A DNA stretch of 64,000 nucleotides. It comes from Glaucostegus cemiculus. Its lineage: Eukaryota. Positions within the stretch are counted from its first letter, which is position 1. Each line of letters starts with the position of its first letter. Positions 23,980 through 35,689 of the stretch are shown here, in pieces. The translations under genes and the position numbers were made by a program. The notes beneath the pieces are model-generated. The model had not been told where the DNA came from. It did not search any database and saw only the letters and a program-made list of their open reading frames with translations. Where the stretch lies: the NCBI GenBank assembly GCA_976551045.1, contig CDPCPM010000050.1, positions 18,042,001 through 18,106,000 on the forward strand. Direction: 5' to 3'.

Positions 23980-24490
23980 ATGGTAAACGCGAGGCAGCTT
24001 GGAATAGGAGCTTTACAGAGGATTGGACTTAGTTTTTGTCTGATGCAACAATGCTCGTATCTGTCGCAGCTCTTCTCGACCATTTACTGCGTGTGTTTTT
24101 TGGGTTAGAAAAATAGGAAATTCCAAGTAAACCGATGCCATTTGGGCGGGCGGAGCGCACTCCTTCCTACTGCTTCAGTGTACGTGAAAGAGATGGACCT
24201 TCACATCCTGGAGCACCGGCTCCGGGTCACCAGCCTCAGTAAAGCCGGGCTGGAGCGCTACACGCACAGCCTCATCAAGCTGGTCTTCCTGCGGGACAGG
24301 ACAAGGTAAAGGCCCGGTCAGCGGCGACTCGGCCCCGGCTTGGTCCTGTTGCTGTCGGGTCAGGACAGCCCCAGCCCAACAGCTCGACCCACTCCACTCC
24401 CGACCGCACGTCCTCCCTCCGGCTGGTTATCCCCCTCCTCGTCCCGGCACGTCACACATCCTCAACCCACCCCACTCCTCGGCCTCGCAA
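23980..24490 (+). promoter_or_regulatory. CpG island / CASTOR promoter
   Basis: CpG-rich around exon 1; reverse CCAAT (attgg 24022-24026), TGATGCAAC at 24041-24049, GC box gggcgggcgg at 24144-24153. Confidence 0.7.
24193..24305 (+). CDS. CASTOR1: CASTOR1-like cytosolic arginine sensor, coding exon 1
   Basis: MDLHILEHRLRVTSLSKAGLERYTHSLIKLVFLRDRT(R); 113 nt; donor AG|gtaaag. The family is certain; the paralog call rests on PES1 linkage and diagnostic residues. Confidence 0.9.
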
Positions 24491-24514
24491 CTTCCCTTTA
24501 CCTTCCCTTCCTCG

Positions 24515-25780
24515 ACCCCCACCTCCCCCTCCCCTCCTCCCCCCCCACCTCCTCCCCCCCCCCCCCACCTCCTCCCCCCCCCCCCCACCTCCTCCCCCCC
24601 CCACACCTCCTCTCCCCCCCCACACCTCCTCTCCCCCCCCACACCTCCTCTCCCCCCCCACACCTCCTCTCCCCCCCCACACCTCCTCTCCCCCCCCACA
24701 CCTCCTCTCCCCCCCCACACCTCCCCCTCCCCACCCGTCCTCCCCCCCCAACCTCCCCCTCCCCACCCGTCCTCCCCCCCAACCTCCCCCTCCCCACCCG
24801 TCCTCCCCCCCCCAACCTCCCCCTCCCCACCCGTCCTCCCCCCCCAACCTCCCCCTCCCCACCCGTCCTCCTCCCCCAACCTCCCCCTCCCCACCCGTCC
24901 TCCCCCCCCACACCTCCCCCTCCCCACCCGTCCTCCCCCCCCCCCACACCTCCCCCTCCCCACCCGTCCTCCCCCCCCCCACACCTCCCCCTCCCCACCC
25001 GTCCTCCCCCCCCACACCTCCCCCTCCCCACCCGTCCTCCCCCCCCCACACCCCCCCCTCCCCACCCGTCCTCCCCCCCCCACACCCGTCCTCCCCCCCC
25101 CCACACCCGTCCTCCCCCCCCACACCCGTCCTCCCCCCCCCACACCCGTCCTCCCCCCCCCACACCCGTCCTCCCCCCCCCACACCCGTCCTCCCCCCCC
25201 ACACCCGTCCTCCCCCCCCACACCCGTCCTCCCCCCCCCCACACCTCCCCCTCCCCCACACCTCCCCCTCCCCACCCGTCCTCCCCCCCTCCCCACCCGT
25301 CCTCCCCCCCCCCTCCCCACCCGTCCTCCCCCCCCCTCCCCACCCGTCCTCCCCCCCCCTCCCCACCCGTCCTCCCCCCCCCTCCCCACCCGTCCTCCCC
25401 CCCCTCCCCACCCGTCCTCCCCCCCCCCTCCCCACCCGTCCTCCCCCCCCCTCCCCACCCGTCCTCCCCCCCCCTCCCCACCGTCCTCCCCCCCCCCCCC
25501 CCACCCGTCCTCCCCCCCCCCCTCCCCACCCGTCCTCCCCCCCCCCTCCCCACCCGTCCTCCCCCCCCCCTCCCCACCCGTCCTCTCCCCCCCACACCTC
25601 CCCGTCCTCCCCCCCCACACCTCCCCCTCCTCCCCCCCCACACCTCCCCCTCCTCCCCCCCCACACCTCCCCCTCCTCCCCCCCCACACCTCCCCCTCCT
25701 CCCCCCCCCACACCTCCCCCTCCTCCCCCCCCACACCTCCCCCTCCTCCCCCCCCACACCTCCCCCTCCCCCCACCCTGG
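24515..25780. repeat. C-rich compound minisatellite in CASTOR intron 1
   Basis: About 1.25 kb of blocks with units ccccccccacacctcctct, ctccccacccgtcctcccccc, cacacccgtcctccccccc and cacacctccccctcctccccc. Confidence 0.92.
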
Positions 25781-26489
25781 ACCACCCACCCAGCCCCTTC
25801 AACGCACCCCCGCCTTCCCCAACCATGAACCCCCCCCTTGCCCCTTGCTCCTCGCCCCCTTCTCCCAAACCAACCATCTGTGGCCTCGCCCCTTCCATTG
25901 ACTCAGAATGGGAAGCAATGTCCATTAGAAATATTTTATGGTTTTTTGGGAATCTAATTGTCGTGGCGTGATTTGTCTTTAGATTAAACATTTGCCTTAC
26001 AAAGACTCATTGAATATGTTCTTTATATTTTAGGTGGTATTAAATGGGCCACTCCCATCTTTCTCATACCAGAAATGTTCTATCATTTTGTCTTGTTCTT
26101 CAGTCCATCTCATTAAAGTATTGAGGTCTGGATTTTGTCACCAAACTCTCAGGTTTATTGCTACATTTGTGTTTTTTTTTTGGAGTACATTTAATCTAAC
26201 AATAAATTATGGTTCAGCTCTCCTCCCAGAGGACCCATAGGCTGCAGTTGATGTGATTCCAGTTGGCTGGAGGTGTGGGGTATTGCTGTTCATCTTTCTT
26301 TTGGTGGGGGGGGGGGGGCGGTGCGTAGAGGCAATTTGTCAGACAACCTCTAACCTTAATCATTAGCTAAATTGAGACAAATCTGTAGTTAGTATTTGAC
26401 AAGATATTTTTAATCTACATATTCAATTGACTAACATTACATGATTAAAGGAAGAAAACTTGTATTTACACAGCACCATCTGCATTTCC

Positions 26490-27110
26490 AGAATACATAT
26501 GAACTAGGGGCAGGAGTAGGCCACTCAGCCACTGAAGCTGTCAATAAGATCATGGTTAATCCAATTATAACCTCAACTCCATATTCCTGCCTATCCCTGG
26601 TAAAGTTTCACCGCCTTGCTCAACAAAAATCTCATCTGATTCTGCTCTAAAAATGTTTAATTTTGTCCACTTGTCTTTGACAAAGAGATATCTAAAGGTA
26701 TACAGCCTTCTGAGATAGACAACGGAGGCAATTTTTTCTTAAATAGCTGATCCCCTGGCTCTTGATTCTCCCACAAGAGGAAGCAACATCTCCACATCCA
26801 CCCTATACTTCAATCATATCCCCTCTTGACCTAAGCCCCAAATGACATGTGCCCATCCTGTCTAACCTTTAAACAATCCATGCCTTTCCGCTCTTGATCC
26901 TCTAAACTCCAAATGACTTGCACATCCTCTCCAACCTTTACCCTTAAAAAAAAAATAACCCATGTATTCCAAATATCTAGTTAATCTTTTGAGTTTCTAA
27001 CACATTACATCCTTCTGTTAAACAGGAGACTAATACTGTATGTAGTACTCCAGATGTGGTTTCACCAATGCTCTCTTACTGAACTATAACCTTCCAATTT
27101 TTGCCTTCAA
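26490..27110 (-). mobile_element. Decayed CR1 LINE 3' fragment
   Basis: gcaggagtaggccactcagccactgaag tail and gtactccagatgtggtttcacc (reverse of VRPHLEY-like coding). Confidence 0.6.
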
Positions 27111-28660
27111 ATACCCTTGTCATTGTGGTGTTAGATCTGCTGCCTCACAGCTCTAGCATCCAGATTTAATTGTGGAGATGGCACGTGCTCCCTGTGTCTG
27201 CATGAGTTTCTCCTGGGTGTTTGTGTCCCAAATATCTGCTGGTTGGTAGGTTATTTAGCTGCTGTAAATTGCCTTGTGTATGGGTGGCTGGCAGGAGAAT
27301 CAGGGGAGTTAATTGCCATGTGAGAGAAAACAGATTACGGGGAAACAGTTGGTTGAATGAAACTGATGGGATTGCTGTGAGAGTGGCGTAGACTGAATGG
27401 CTTCCTATGTTGTACCAAATATGAAATAAACAATAACTTTTTTTATCTTTCCTAATTACTCTCTATACTTGCATACCAGCCTTTTGAGCCATACTCAAGG
27501 ATGCCCAATTTATGTGGACAGTAGTGGCAGCTAATTTGTGGGAAGCAAGGCTCTACAAATTGCAATGAAACAAAATGATTAGTTGATCAGTTTTTATATG
27601 GAACAAAGAACACTCGACTTTGATAGAACCAATTACTTGGTCCAGCCGGTCATTGGTGTTGATGCACCATATGGGCCATGACCCACTTTGTTTAACCAAA
27701 CTCTTTGGTCCCACTCCCTGAGATTATACTTATCTGGTTTCCACAGCTGTAGAGTGGGATTTGAACTTTGGTCTTTAGATTGTTAGTCTAGGCATTTGGA
27801 TTACCTGTCTAGTAATATAACTGCTGCACCACCACACCACCAAATTTTCTTTTCGAGGGTAGGTAGCAAGTCTTTATAAAGCTCTTTTCATGTAACTGAT
27901 TAACTTTAAGCTTGGCAATGCTATGGTCGTAAATCTGACAAATGAAGTATTGCATTTGAAATGATGTTTTGCATTGTCCATCTTGTACTGAATGATTTGG
28001 ACCTTTTGCCTTCTCTGTAATGTGTACCTGAAAGCATGCATACAAGAAAAGCAAAGTCTGGGGGAATCCTCTGGTGGTTATCATTTTTTGAATTGGGAGG
28101 GCAGTTAATGTTAAATATCTTACAACTAGGAACAGAGTACAAGTATGAGGTCTTTAATAACAATAGGCACCGGTGATGGGATATTTGAGTGAAAATTACG
28201 ATCAAGTTTAGTTTTTTTTTTGTAGACCAGCTGCTTGTCTGATGGAATGTTTAGTTCAATAGTGATGGCAATCTTGTTCATTTTATTTGTTTCATATTTT
28301 GTGCTTTATATTATGTAGGAACAATGAAGGGAATTATGCAGATTACTTATTGGATAATCGTCAGACATCAAAATAACCTTGGTTTTAAATATTTACAGCT
28401 ATATGCTCATCTCTACTAGAACTTTTACAGGTTTACTGTTTTATTGTAAATGCTATAAAATATTGCACCTGGACAGAACAGGTTAAGATTGGTCTGTAAA
28501 ATAAAACCCATTGGCCTCTAGAAACCCTGGATTCCACTGTGGATTTTGAAAGACAAATAATTTGAGTCATCTTCTCCTGAGGTTGTGGGGGGGTGGGTGG
28601 AAAATGATCCCTGACTGTGGAAGTGATCTTTTGTTTTGTCACAGTCTGTCACAGCATTGT

Positions 28661-28906
28661 AAATTTAAATTAAATTTTATTTACAGTGTGGTAACAGGCC
28701 CTTCTGGCCCAATGAGTCCATGCTGCCTATTTTACACCCAAATTAACCTACCCATACATCTTTTTGGAATGTGGGAGGAAGCCGGAGCACCCGGAGGAAA
28801 CCCACACAGACAAGGGAGAACATACAAACTCCTTACAGCGATGGGAATCGAACCCCAATCGCTGGCGCTGTAATAGCGTTGCGCTAAACGTTATGCTATT
28901 GTGCCC
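28661..28906 (-). mobile_element. V-SINE, same subfamily as 55994-56240
   Basis: Reverse B-box ggaatcgaacc, V-domain ggaagccggagcacccggaggaaaccc, tail ggtaacaggcccttctggccc. Confidence 0.85.
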
Positions 28907-29844
28907 ATTAGTGCAGACTAGTTGACAAGCACTTCTGGTTTAACTTATTAGTCACAAGATCTAACATCTTAATAAGCATGTGAGATAGCTACATGAATGA
29001 AATGTTTTTTTAAAATGCAAAACAATTATGTCACACTGAATAGTGTGGGACAACGGAGCAACAGTAGGTGCATTGGCATTCAGCCAGACCTCTGTAAACT
29101 ATGTGTTATGAAAGATGGTGTCTTGTAGGAAAAGCTGAAACCATTGTAATTGAGTGTTTGGTGCTACAAGATACTTTAATTGCAGAAACTGAGCAAGTAG
29201 ACTCAATTTCCATGGCTAAAATGAAGATTTTTTTTCAGTCAATACTGGTGGTCAAACTGTTCCAATGGAACAAAAGTAATCACATCAGAAAGCCACATTT
29301 GGAAACTTGCATAATACCAAACCAGATGAGCAATGAAAGGAATGCATTTTAAACAACATCCATGCATCCAGAGCCAGGGGGGAAATATGGAATGATCTCA
29401 AAATTATGGTAAAAGCTAATAAGGTATCAACATGAATTTTGCCACAGCTGCTGGTTGCTTAATCATGGTTAGGGATACATGTTTAGTACATTTTAGTAAA
29501 GTGGTGTTTATAAGAAATACAATGAAGCTGAGACTGCATTGTGCTAAAACTCTGTAAATTTGAGGTTGAATAGAATGTGTGGTCTTCCTTTTAATGAGCA
29601 GGAAGCGAAGGTACCAATTGTGGTTGATTATGTGAATTAGACCAATCTTGCTACTGCTGGGTTGGCTGAGGTAACCAATGATGAGTTGGAAAAGTGTATT
29701 TCGAGTGAATATATCATGCCCATTTTTAAAGAAACTTCTATTAGAGATGTGAGGATATGTTTAAGGATTTGTATTCCGGTATGAAAAGGCACTAAATCAA
29801 ATATCATGCTGATTTTATGCAAAACTTGACAAATACAATATATC

Positions 29845-30700
29845 AGAGTCAGATTTATTATCACTGACTTAAATGATGTGAAATTTGTTGTTTTGGAGCA
29901 GCAGTACAGTGCAAAGACATAAAATTACTATAAGTAACTAAAATAAATAGTACAAAAAAAGGAATAATGAGGTAGTGTTCAGGGACTGTTCAGAAATCTG
30001 ATAGCGGAGAGGAAGAAGCTGTTTCTGAATCATTGACTGTGGGTTTTATGGGTCCTGTACCTCCTCCCTGATGGCAGTAATGAGAGGGTATGTCCCGCAT
30101 AGTGAGGGTCTTTAGTGATGGATGCTGCCTTCTTGAGGCGTTGCCTTCCTGAGGCATTGCCTCTTGAAGATGTCCTTGATGGTGGGTAGGGTTGTGCCTG
30201 TGATGGAGCTGGCTGAGTCTACAATCCTCTGCAGCCACTTGTGATCCTGTGCATTGGAGCCTCCTTACCAGGCTTGATTTAACCAGTCAGAATGTTCTCC
30301 AGCATAAGTCTATAGAAATTTTTGAGTCTTTGGTGACATACCAAATCTCCTCAAACTCCTAAGTAGAGCTGCAGGCATGATGCCTTCATAATTGCGTCAA
30401 TTTGTTGGGCCCAGGATAGATTCTCTGCAACTTGAAGCTGCTCAACCTTTCCATTGCAGATCTCTCATTGAGGACTGGTGTGTGTTCTCCTGACTTCCCC
30501 TTCCTGAAGTCCACAATCATTTCCTTGGTCTTGCTGACATTGAGTGTGAGGTTGCTGTTGTGACACCAATCAACCAACCAATCTGTCTCACTCCTGTATG
30601 CCACCTCGTTGTCATCTGAGATTCCACCAACAATAGTGGTGTCATCAGCAAATTATAGATGATGTTTGAGCTGTGCTATACAGAAGGTGTGTGTGAAGGA
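29845..30700 (-). mobile_element. Rex1/Babar-type non-LTR retrotransposon RT 3' fragment
   Basis: Minus strand encodes FADDTTIVG.IS and WCHNSNLTLNVSKTKEMIVDFRK, with frameshifts. Confidence 0.75.
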
Positions 30701-30719
30701 AAAGCAAACAAACTGAATG

Positions 30720-32580
30720 ATGTGGTAGGTGCTGCACCATGATTGGGTGAAATCCACTGCTGTAGTTCTTAAAGGAGGTGAGAGTTTCTGATGTTATGGA
30801 AATTTTATATTGACCATTAATAGAATTTTGGATGATGGACAACACTCTCTGGCAGCCTGTCAAATCTGCAAGCGAAATTGGCTAAGGCCAAGATCTTCAT
30901 AAAGTTGTACTTATTCAGCTGGGTGCAAGCTTAGAATGTGAATGCAGCAAGCCAACTGTATCTAATAATTAATCCCCAGAAGGTATTGTATTTGTACACT
31001 TTTATGATGTCCTAATGAGAAACATTCAGGCAACCCTGGATAAGACACTGCGGGGAGCTGTTCATTGTTTGCACGGACAGATGGTATCCTAATTGTAATG
31101 GTCACAGTATTCACAAGGGGCCATCAGCGCAATGTAAAGTTTGAGAAAAATCAATATCCCTTTTGTGCAGCAGGAAGTAATTTACCTGGGCCTGAAAGGA
31201 GATGTAAATAGTCCCTATCCAGAGAAAGAGAAGGTAGAAACTACGATATACAAACCAAGAAACCTGAATGTCAGTGAGTGTTGATTATTTCTAGTTTTGG
31301 CAGATATTGGATTATTGTCATGTACTGAAATACAGTAAATATCTTTTGTGTGCTGTCCAGACATCATTCCAGATGCCTTATAACTTCTACATAGAGGCAA
31401 TCAACAACAGATATAGAAAATGTGCTTTAGATACAACTACTTCTGGTGATTTCTTTGTAGCAATGGAAGTTGTGAATGGTTTTGAAATGTTGAAAAGTTA
31501 GATTGATTCAGATATGTCAGATAGGAGTGTTTTCCCATCACTGCTGCAAACTGCCAATAAATTGGTGTTGCATTAAGTGGGATTAAGAAGTAGTTGTATC
31601 TAAAGAACTATGAAGGAGGATTGCAGAAGTACTTAGTGTGGTATGTTTAAATAGAAATTAAAATGCATTAGCTGTGGCATGCTTATTGTCTTGGTTTGAA
31701 CAAAGATCTGGGTGAGGTAGCTAGCAAGTATATAGTTTGCCAGAACTGCAGAGCCTCAGCACCAAGAGCAGCACTTCAGGTGTGAAAGTGGTTCAGCCCA
31801 TTCCAGCAAGTCCATAGGTTATTGTGAGGAAAGACATGGAGCGTTCTTTAATGTTAGCTGAAGGCCATTTGAAATAGATTATGGTTAATTTATTACCATA
31901 CAGTGGAGGAACTCTGATCCATTTTGTAAACTGTGGTCTTTCTATTTAATCAGATAATAGTCCAGGTTTTGCCCTTTAAACAATTCACGAGGAAAAAAAG
32001 CATCACTCTATTTCTTGCCACCCAGCTTCAAGTGGTGAAGCTGAAAAGTCGGCATGTGTAGTAAAAAGCAATATGAAACACCGTCTGGGAAGGTGAATCA
32101 ATGCTATACCTGTGATGGGACAAACTCCTGTAGAAATGTTGAGGCACAATGACAAGGTGTGTCTGAGTCTGGTTCAGCCCCTAATTTGGAATGAAAAGTG
32201 GAAGAAAGGTAGTTGAAGCAAAGTAAACATTACAAAAAAAACCCACAAAGGCAAGTTTAGTTTGAATGTTAAAGTTCATGTGTAGAGACCTTGAAGCAAG
32301 TCAGAGATGAGAAAATGAGATATTGCAGAGATTGTGGAGAGCTATAGGCCTAAGAATTGGGAGGATTGCGGGAATTCTGAAAGGGTCACATAGACAGCAT
32401 GATTTTTGAGTGTAAGATACCCAAGAAACTGGTGAGGAAAAAGTGAGCCTGGCAGTTGCTGGAGTTGTTTACATGTTATATAACTGTGTTGAGATGAGGC
32501 ACCATTAAAGAGGCCACAGAGGGATGCCACACCAACAACAGCTGTTGGGTCTCCAAATTCAATGTGAGTAATGCCAGCAT
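30720..32580 (+). mobile_element. Highly decayed Gypsy-type pol relic
   Basis: Residual motifs YGNFI (about 30796), SDNSPGF (31950-31970) and CHPASSGEAEK (about 32016-32048) resemble integrase SDNGPQF and YHPASNGLAER. Many stops. Confidence 0.45.
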
Positions 32581-32881
32581 AGGTGGGAAGATTGCAAAGA
32601 CCAATGACTCAGTTAAACCTATTAGTTTATTATTGTCACTTGTACCAAGGTACAGTGAAAAACTTGCCTTGCATACAGTTCATACAGATCAATTCATTAC
32701 AATGCATTGAGGTAGTACAAAGTAAAACAATACAGAATGCAGAGCAAAGTGTCACAGCTACAGAGTGCACTGTAGGTCTAAGGTGCAAGGTCATAACAAG
32801 GTAGATTATGAGGTCAAGAGTCCATCTTATAATACTAACTGGTAAAGTGCAACACCTCTTTCCTTATTAAAAATGTAAGAT

Positions 32882-33070
32882 ATCTTTATTAGTCACATTG
32901 TCGAATCACACAGTGAAATGCATCTTTTGCGTACAATGTTCTGGGGGCAACCTGCAAGTGTCGCCATGCTTCCAGTGCCAACATAGCATGCCCACAACCT
33001 CCTAACCTGTACATCTTTGGATTGTGGGAGGAAACTGGAGGAAACCCATACAGACATGGGGAGAATGTAT
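32882..33070 (-). mobile_element. V-SINE fragment, alternative-tail subfamily
   Basis: Reverse V-domain plus tail atctttattagtcacattg...gcaagtgtcgccatgcttccagtgccaacatagcatgccc. Confidence 0.7.
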
Positions 33071-33441
33071 ATCTTTGATGTATTCCATCATGATGGTTGT
33101 CCAAGCAAAGCCTACGATTAGGCTTCCTGGGTCTCCTATACATCAGTCTGTACATTCTGCAATGTACTTCCGTTGGTAGTCTCAGGTTCATTGGGAGTAC
33201 ATTTTGCAATTGTGGTTCAATCGGCTCCTTGGAAAATCTGTGATGGGATGGTAGTAGCTAAAATAAGTCAAAAATATCCACTATAGTTAACTCTTGTAAA
33301 GTTAACCCTGCACAGCACAATACACATTATTTGGATAGCAATGAAATCTTCTTAAAGACTGCTGGTGCATTGCACCAAGGACTGGGTCCCTATACCACGT
33401 GGACACAGGGAGGGGAAAAAAACTCTTCCAGTTTAAAAAAA

Positions 33442-33797
33442 AACCTGCAGGTGCTGAAAATCTGAAATAAATCAGAAAATGCAGCAAATACTCAATATTT
33501 CCTGTTCCTCAGTAAGGAGGCGGATTGGTAAGATTTTCAAATTTGCTCATTGACCAGCAGTTTACAGTTTATCCCCATGATAACCCAGCTTTTATCCTAT
33601 CAGTGGCATTGCACACCACCTCCCCCCCCCCCCCACCCACCACAGGTAATTGAGCTACTTTAGTCTCCTTCCCAGTTCTAACAAAGGATCCCAACTGCAA
33701 TATTAACTCTGTGTCTTTTCCCACAGATGTGGCCTGACCCGCTGGCTACTTCCAGTATTTTCTGTTTTTATTTTAGTTTTCCAACATCTGCAGTTTT
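33442..33797. mobile_element. Penelope-terminus derivative with about 50-bp imperfect inverted ends
   Basis: aacctgcaggtgctgaaaatctgaaataaatcagaaaatg matches the reverse complement of ttccagtattttctgtttttattttagtttttccaacatctgcagtttt. Confidence 0.55.
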
Positions 33798-34005
33798 ATT
33801 GATTTTTGTTTTCAAGATTTCCTAACTCCTGAATGCTTTTGGTGCTCATTGACTTAAAAAAAAATTAAGTAGACAATCGAGTTGAGCAATTACTGATTTT
33901 TTTTTTCTTTCTCTCCAGTTCATCTAGCTGGGAAGTGTCCTAAACTGTGTATTGCTTATACTTGGCGCTAATATATCTCTCTCTCTCTCATGTTCGCTGG
34001 TGCAG

Positions 34006-34076
34006 GTGCAAGTTTTTCAGCCTGACTGAGATGACTAATGACTACACATTGGTATTAGATGAAGAGGGATTTAAAG
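34006..34076 (+). CDS. CASTOR1: CASTOR1-like exon 2
   Basis: tgcag|G TGC AAG...; CKFFSLTEMTNDYTLVLDEEGFK; 71 nt; donor G|gtacaa; phases join exons 1 and 3. Confidence 0.93.
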
Positions 34077-35689
34077 GTACAAAGTTATTTTACTTCAGTT
34101 TATGAATATCTGTCTACAATATTGACTTTATCAATTGAAACAGTAGCACCAGTACTCGTGCATTGTAATTGATCTCTTACCCTATATGGTTATGGATTTT
34201 GACTCTGCATTATTCATATTGATTAATTTGTCCCCATTGTAATCTAATTTGACAAACTCATTAACCTTTGTCAAGTGTTTAATTTTCTCTTGTATTTATA
34301 GTATTTGTTAATGTTTTCTGCCTTGTTTTAAATATCTTTAAGTGGGTTAACAGCTGCATTTAAAAATGACCTCCAGAGGATTTTTGTGTAATAGTCAAAT
34401 GACAGCTGAATAAGTATTTGTATAAATGCCTCAGCTCCAAGTTCCATGCAGCTAGCTGATAACTCTGTGAAATTATAGTCATTTGGCAGTCAGCTTCCTG
34501 CCTCAGTAACAGCAATGGAGATGAATGACCATTTAAGCTGTTTTAATGCCGGTGGTTAAGCAAGGATAGGAGGACCTGTTGCTCACTGATGTGCTATGGG
34601 ATCTTTTACAAAGGCTGAGTCTATTCTCTTGAGTTTAGAAGAATAGTGGGTGACCGCATTGAAGTGTGCAGCTGGGGTGCAGGAAGGATGGTTGCACTGG
34701 CTGAAAAATCCATGGCTAGGATTCAAAGTCTCAAAATAAGGGCCAGGCCATTTCAGACTGAAAGGAGAGGAGATTTCTTCATTCAGGAGGTAATGAATCT
34801 ATGAAATTCTCTGCCCTAGAGACAGTGAAAGCTCATCTTTGAAAACATTCAAAGCAGATTTATAGATTTCTGGATATTAAAAGAATCAGGAGCATAATAG
34901 GAATGGGGCCAGAAAATGGTAATTGAAGTGAATGATCAGCATGATCTTATTGAATGGTGGAATAGGCCATGGATCTGAATGACCAATTCCTGGTCCAGTT
35001 TCTTTCGTTTAATTAAATAGTGATGTTTTGTATCTTTTGATTTGGATTTTACAGAATGCATTTTCCATAATAAAACTTGATCTGTGATGAAGATATTTAA
35101 TGCATTTTATTCCCTTTTTAGTAAAGTCCTTTTGCTGATCTTTTTCTTTTTAGGAAAAGGTTACCTGCTGATCAATCTGGTTCATTCAATAATGGCACAT
35201 AACCCTAAGATAGGTTTATTCTTCAAACCAAGAATTCAGTATTTTCTTTCCCCTACCTTAGTCCCAGAAATTTAAGAACTTGGACATTTAATGAGCTATT
35301 CAACTATTCTAAGTCCACAACAAACATACTCCAAATAATATTTTTGCAATGAACATCAATGTTTGGAAAAAAAAATTGGAACCTAGTTATTTTTGGGTGA
35401 GTTGTTGTGCTATTTTTTCCAAAGAGCATGCCACATTTTACACCAAATCTGTGCAAAGCCCAAAAGTTTAAGTGATTGTTATTTTTCTCTTTTAAAGTAT
35501 CTAAACTGCATTTGATGCTTTGAGGTTTTATCATTAAACAAAATGCTCCCAATTAGACATTATTCTTGATAACGGATTAGGTTAACTTCTTCTCAAAGAG
35601 GTTCATCTTCCCCATCAGTACTGGCCCTTATTGAGAATTGGTTGTGTAAGTTTTTATAGGTTTGGGAAACTTCCTTAACTTCCTTTTCT

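Noticed and set aside
24340-25991. 445-543 aa extensin- or formin-like ORFs
   Set aside because: Open in several frames because the C-rich array cannot encode stops; it lies within CASTOR intron 1.
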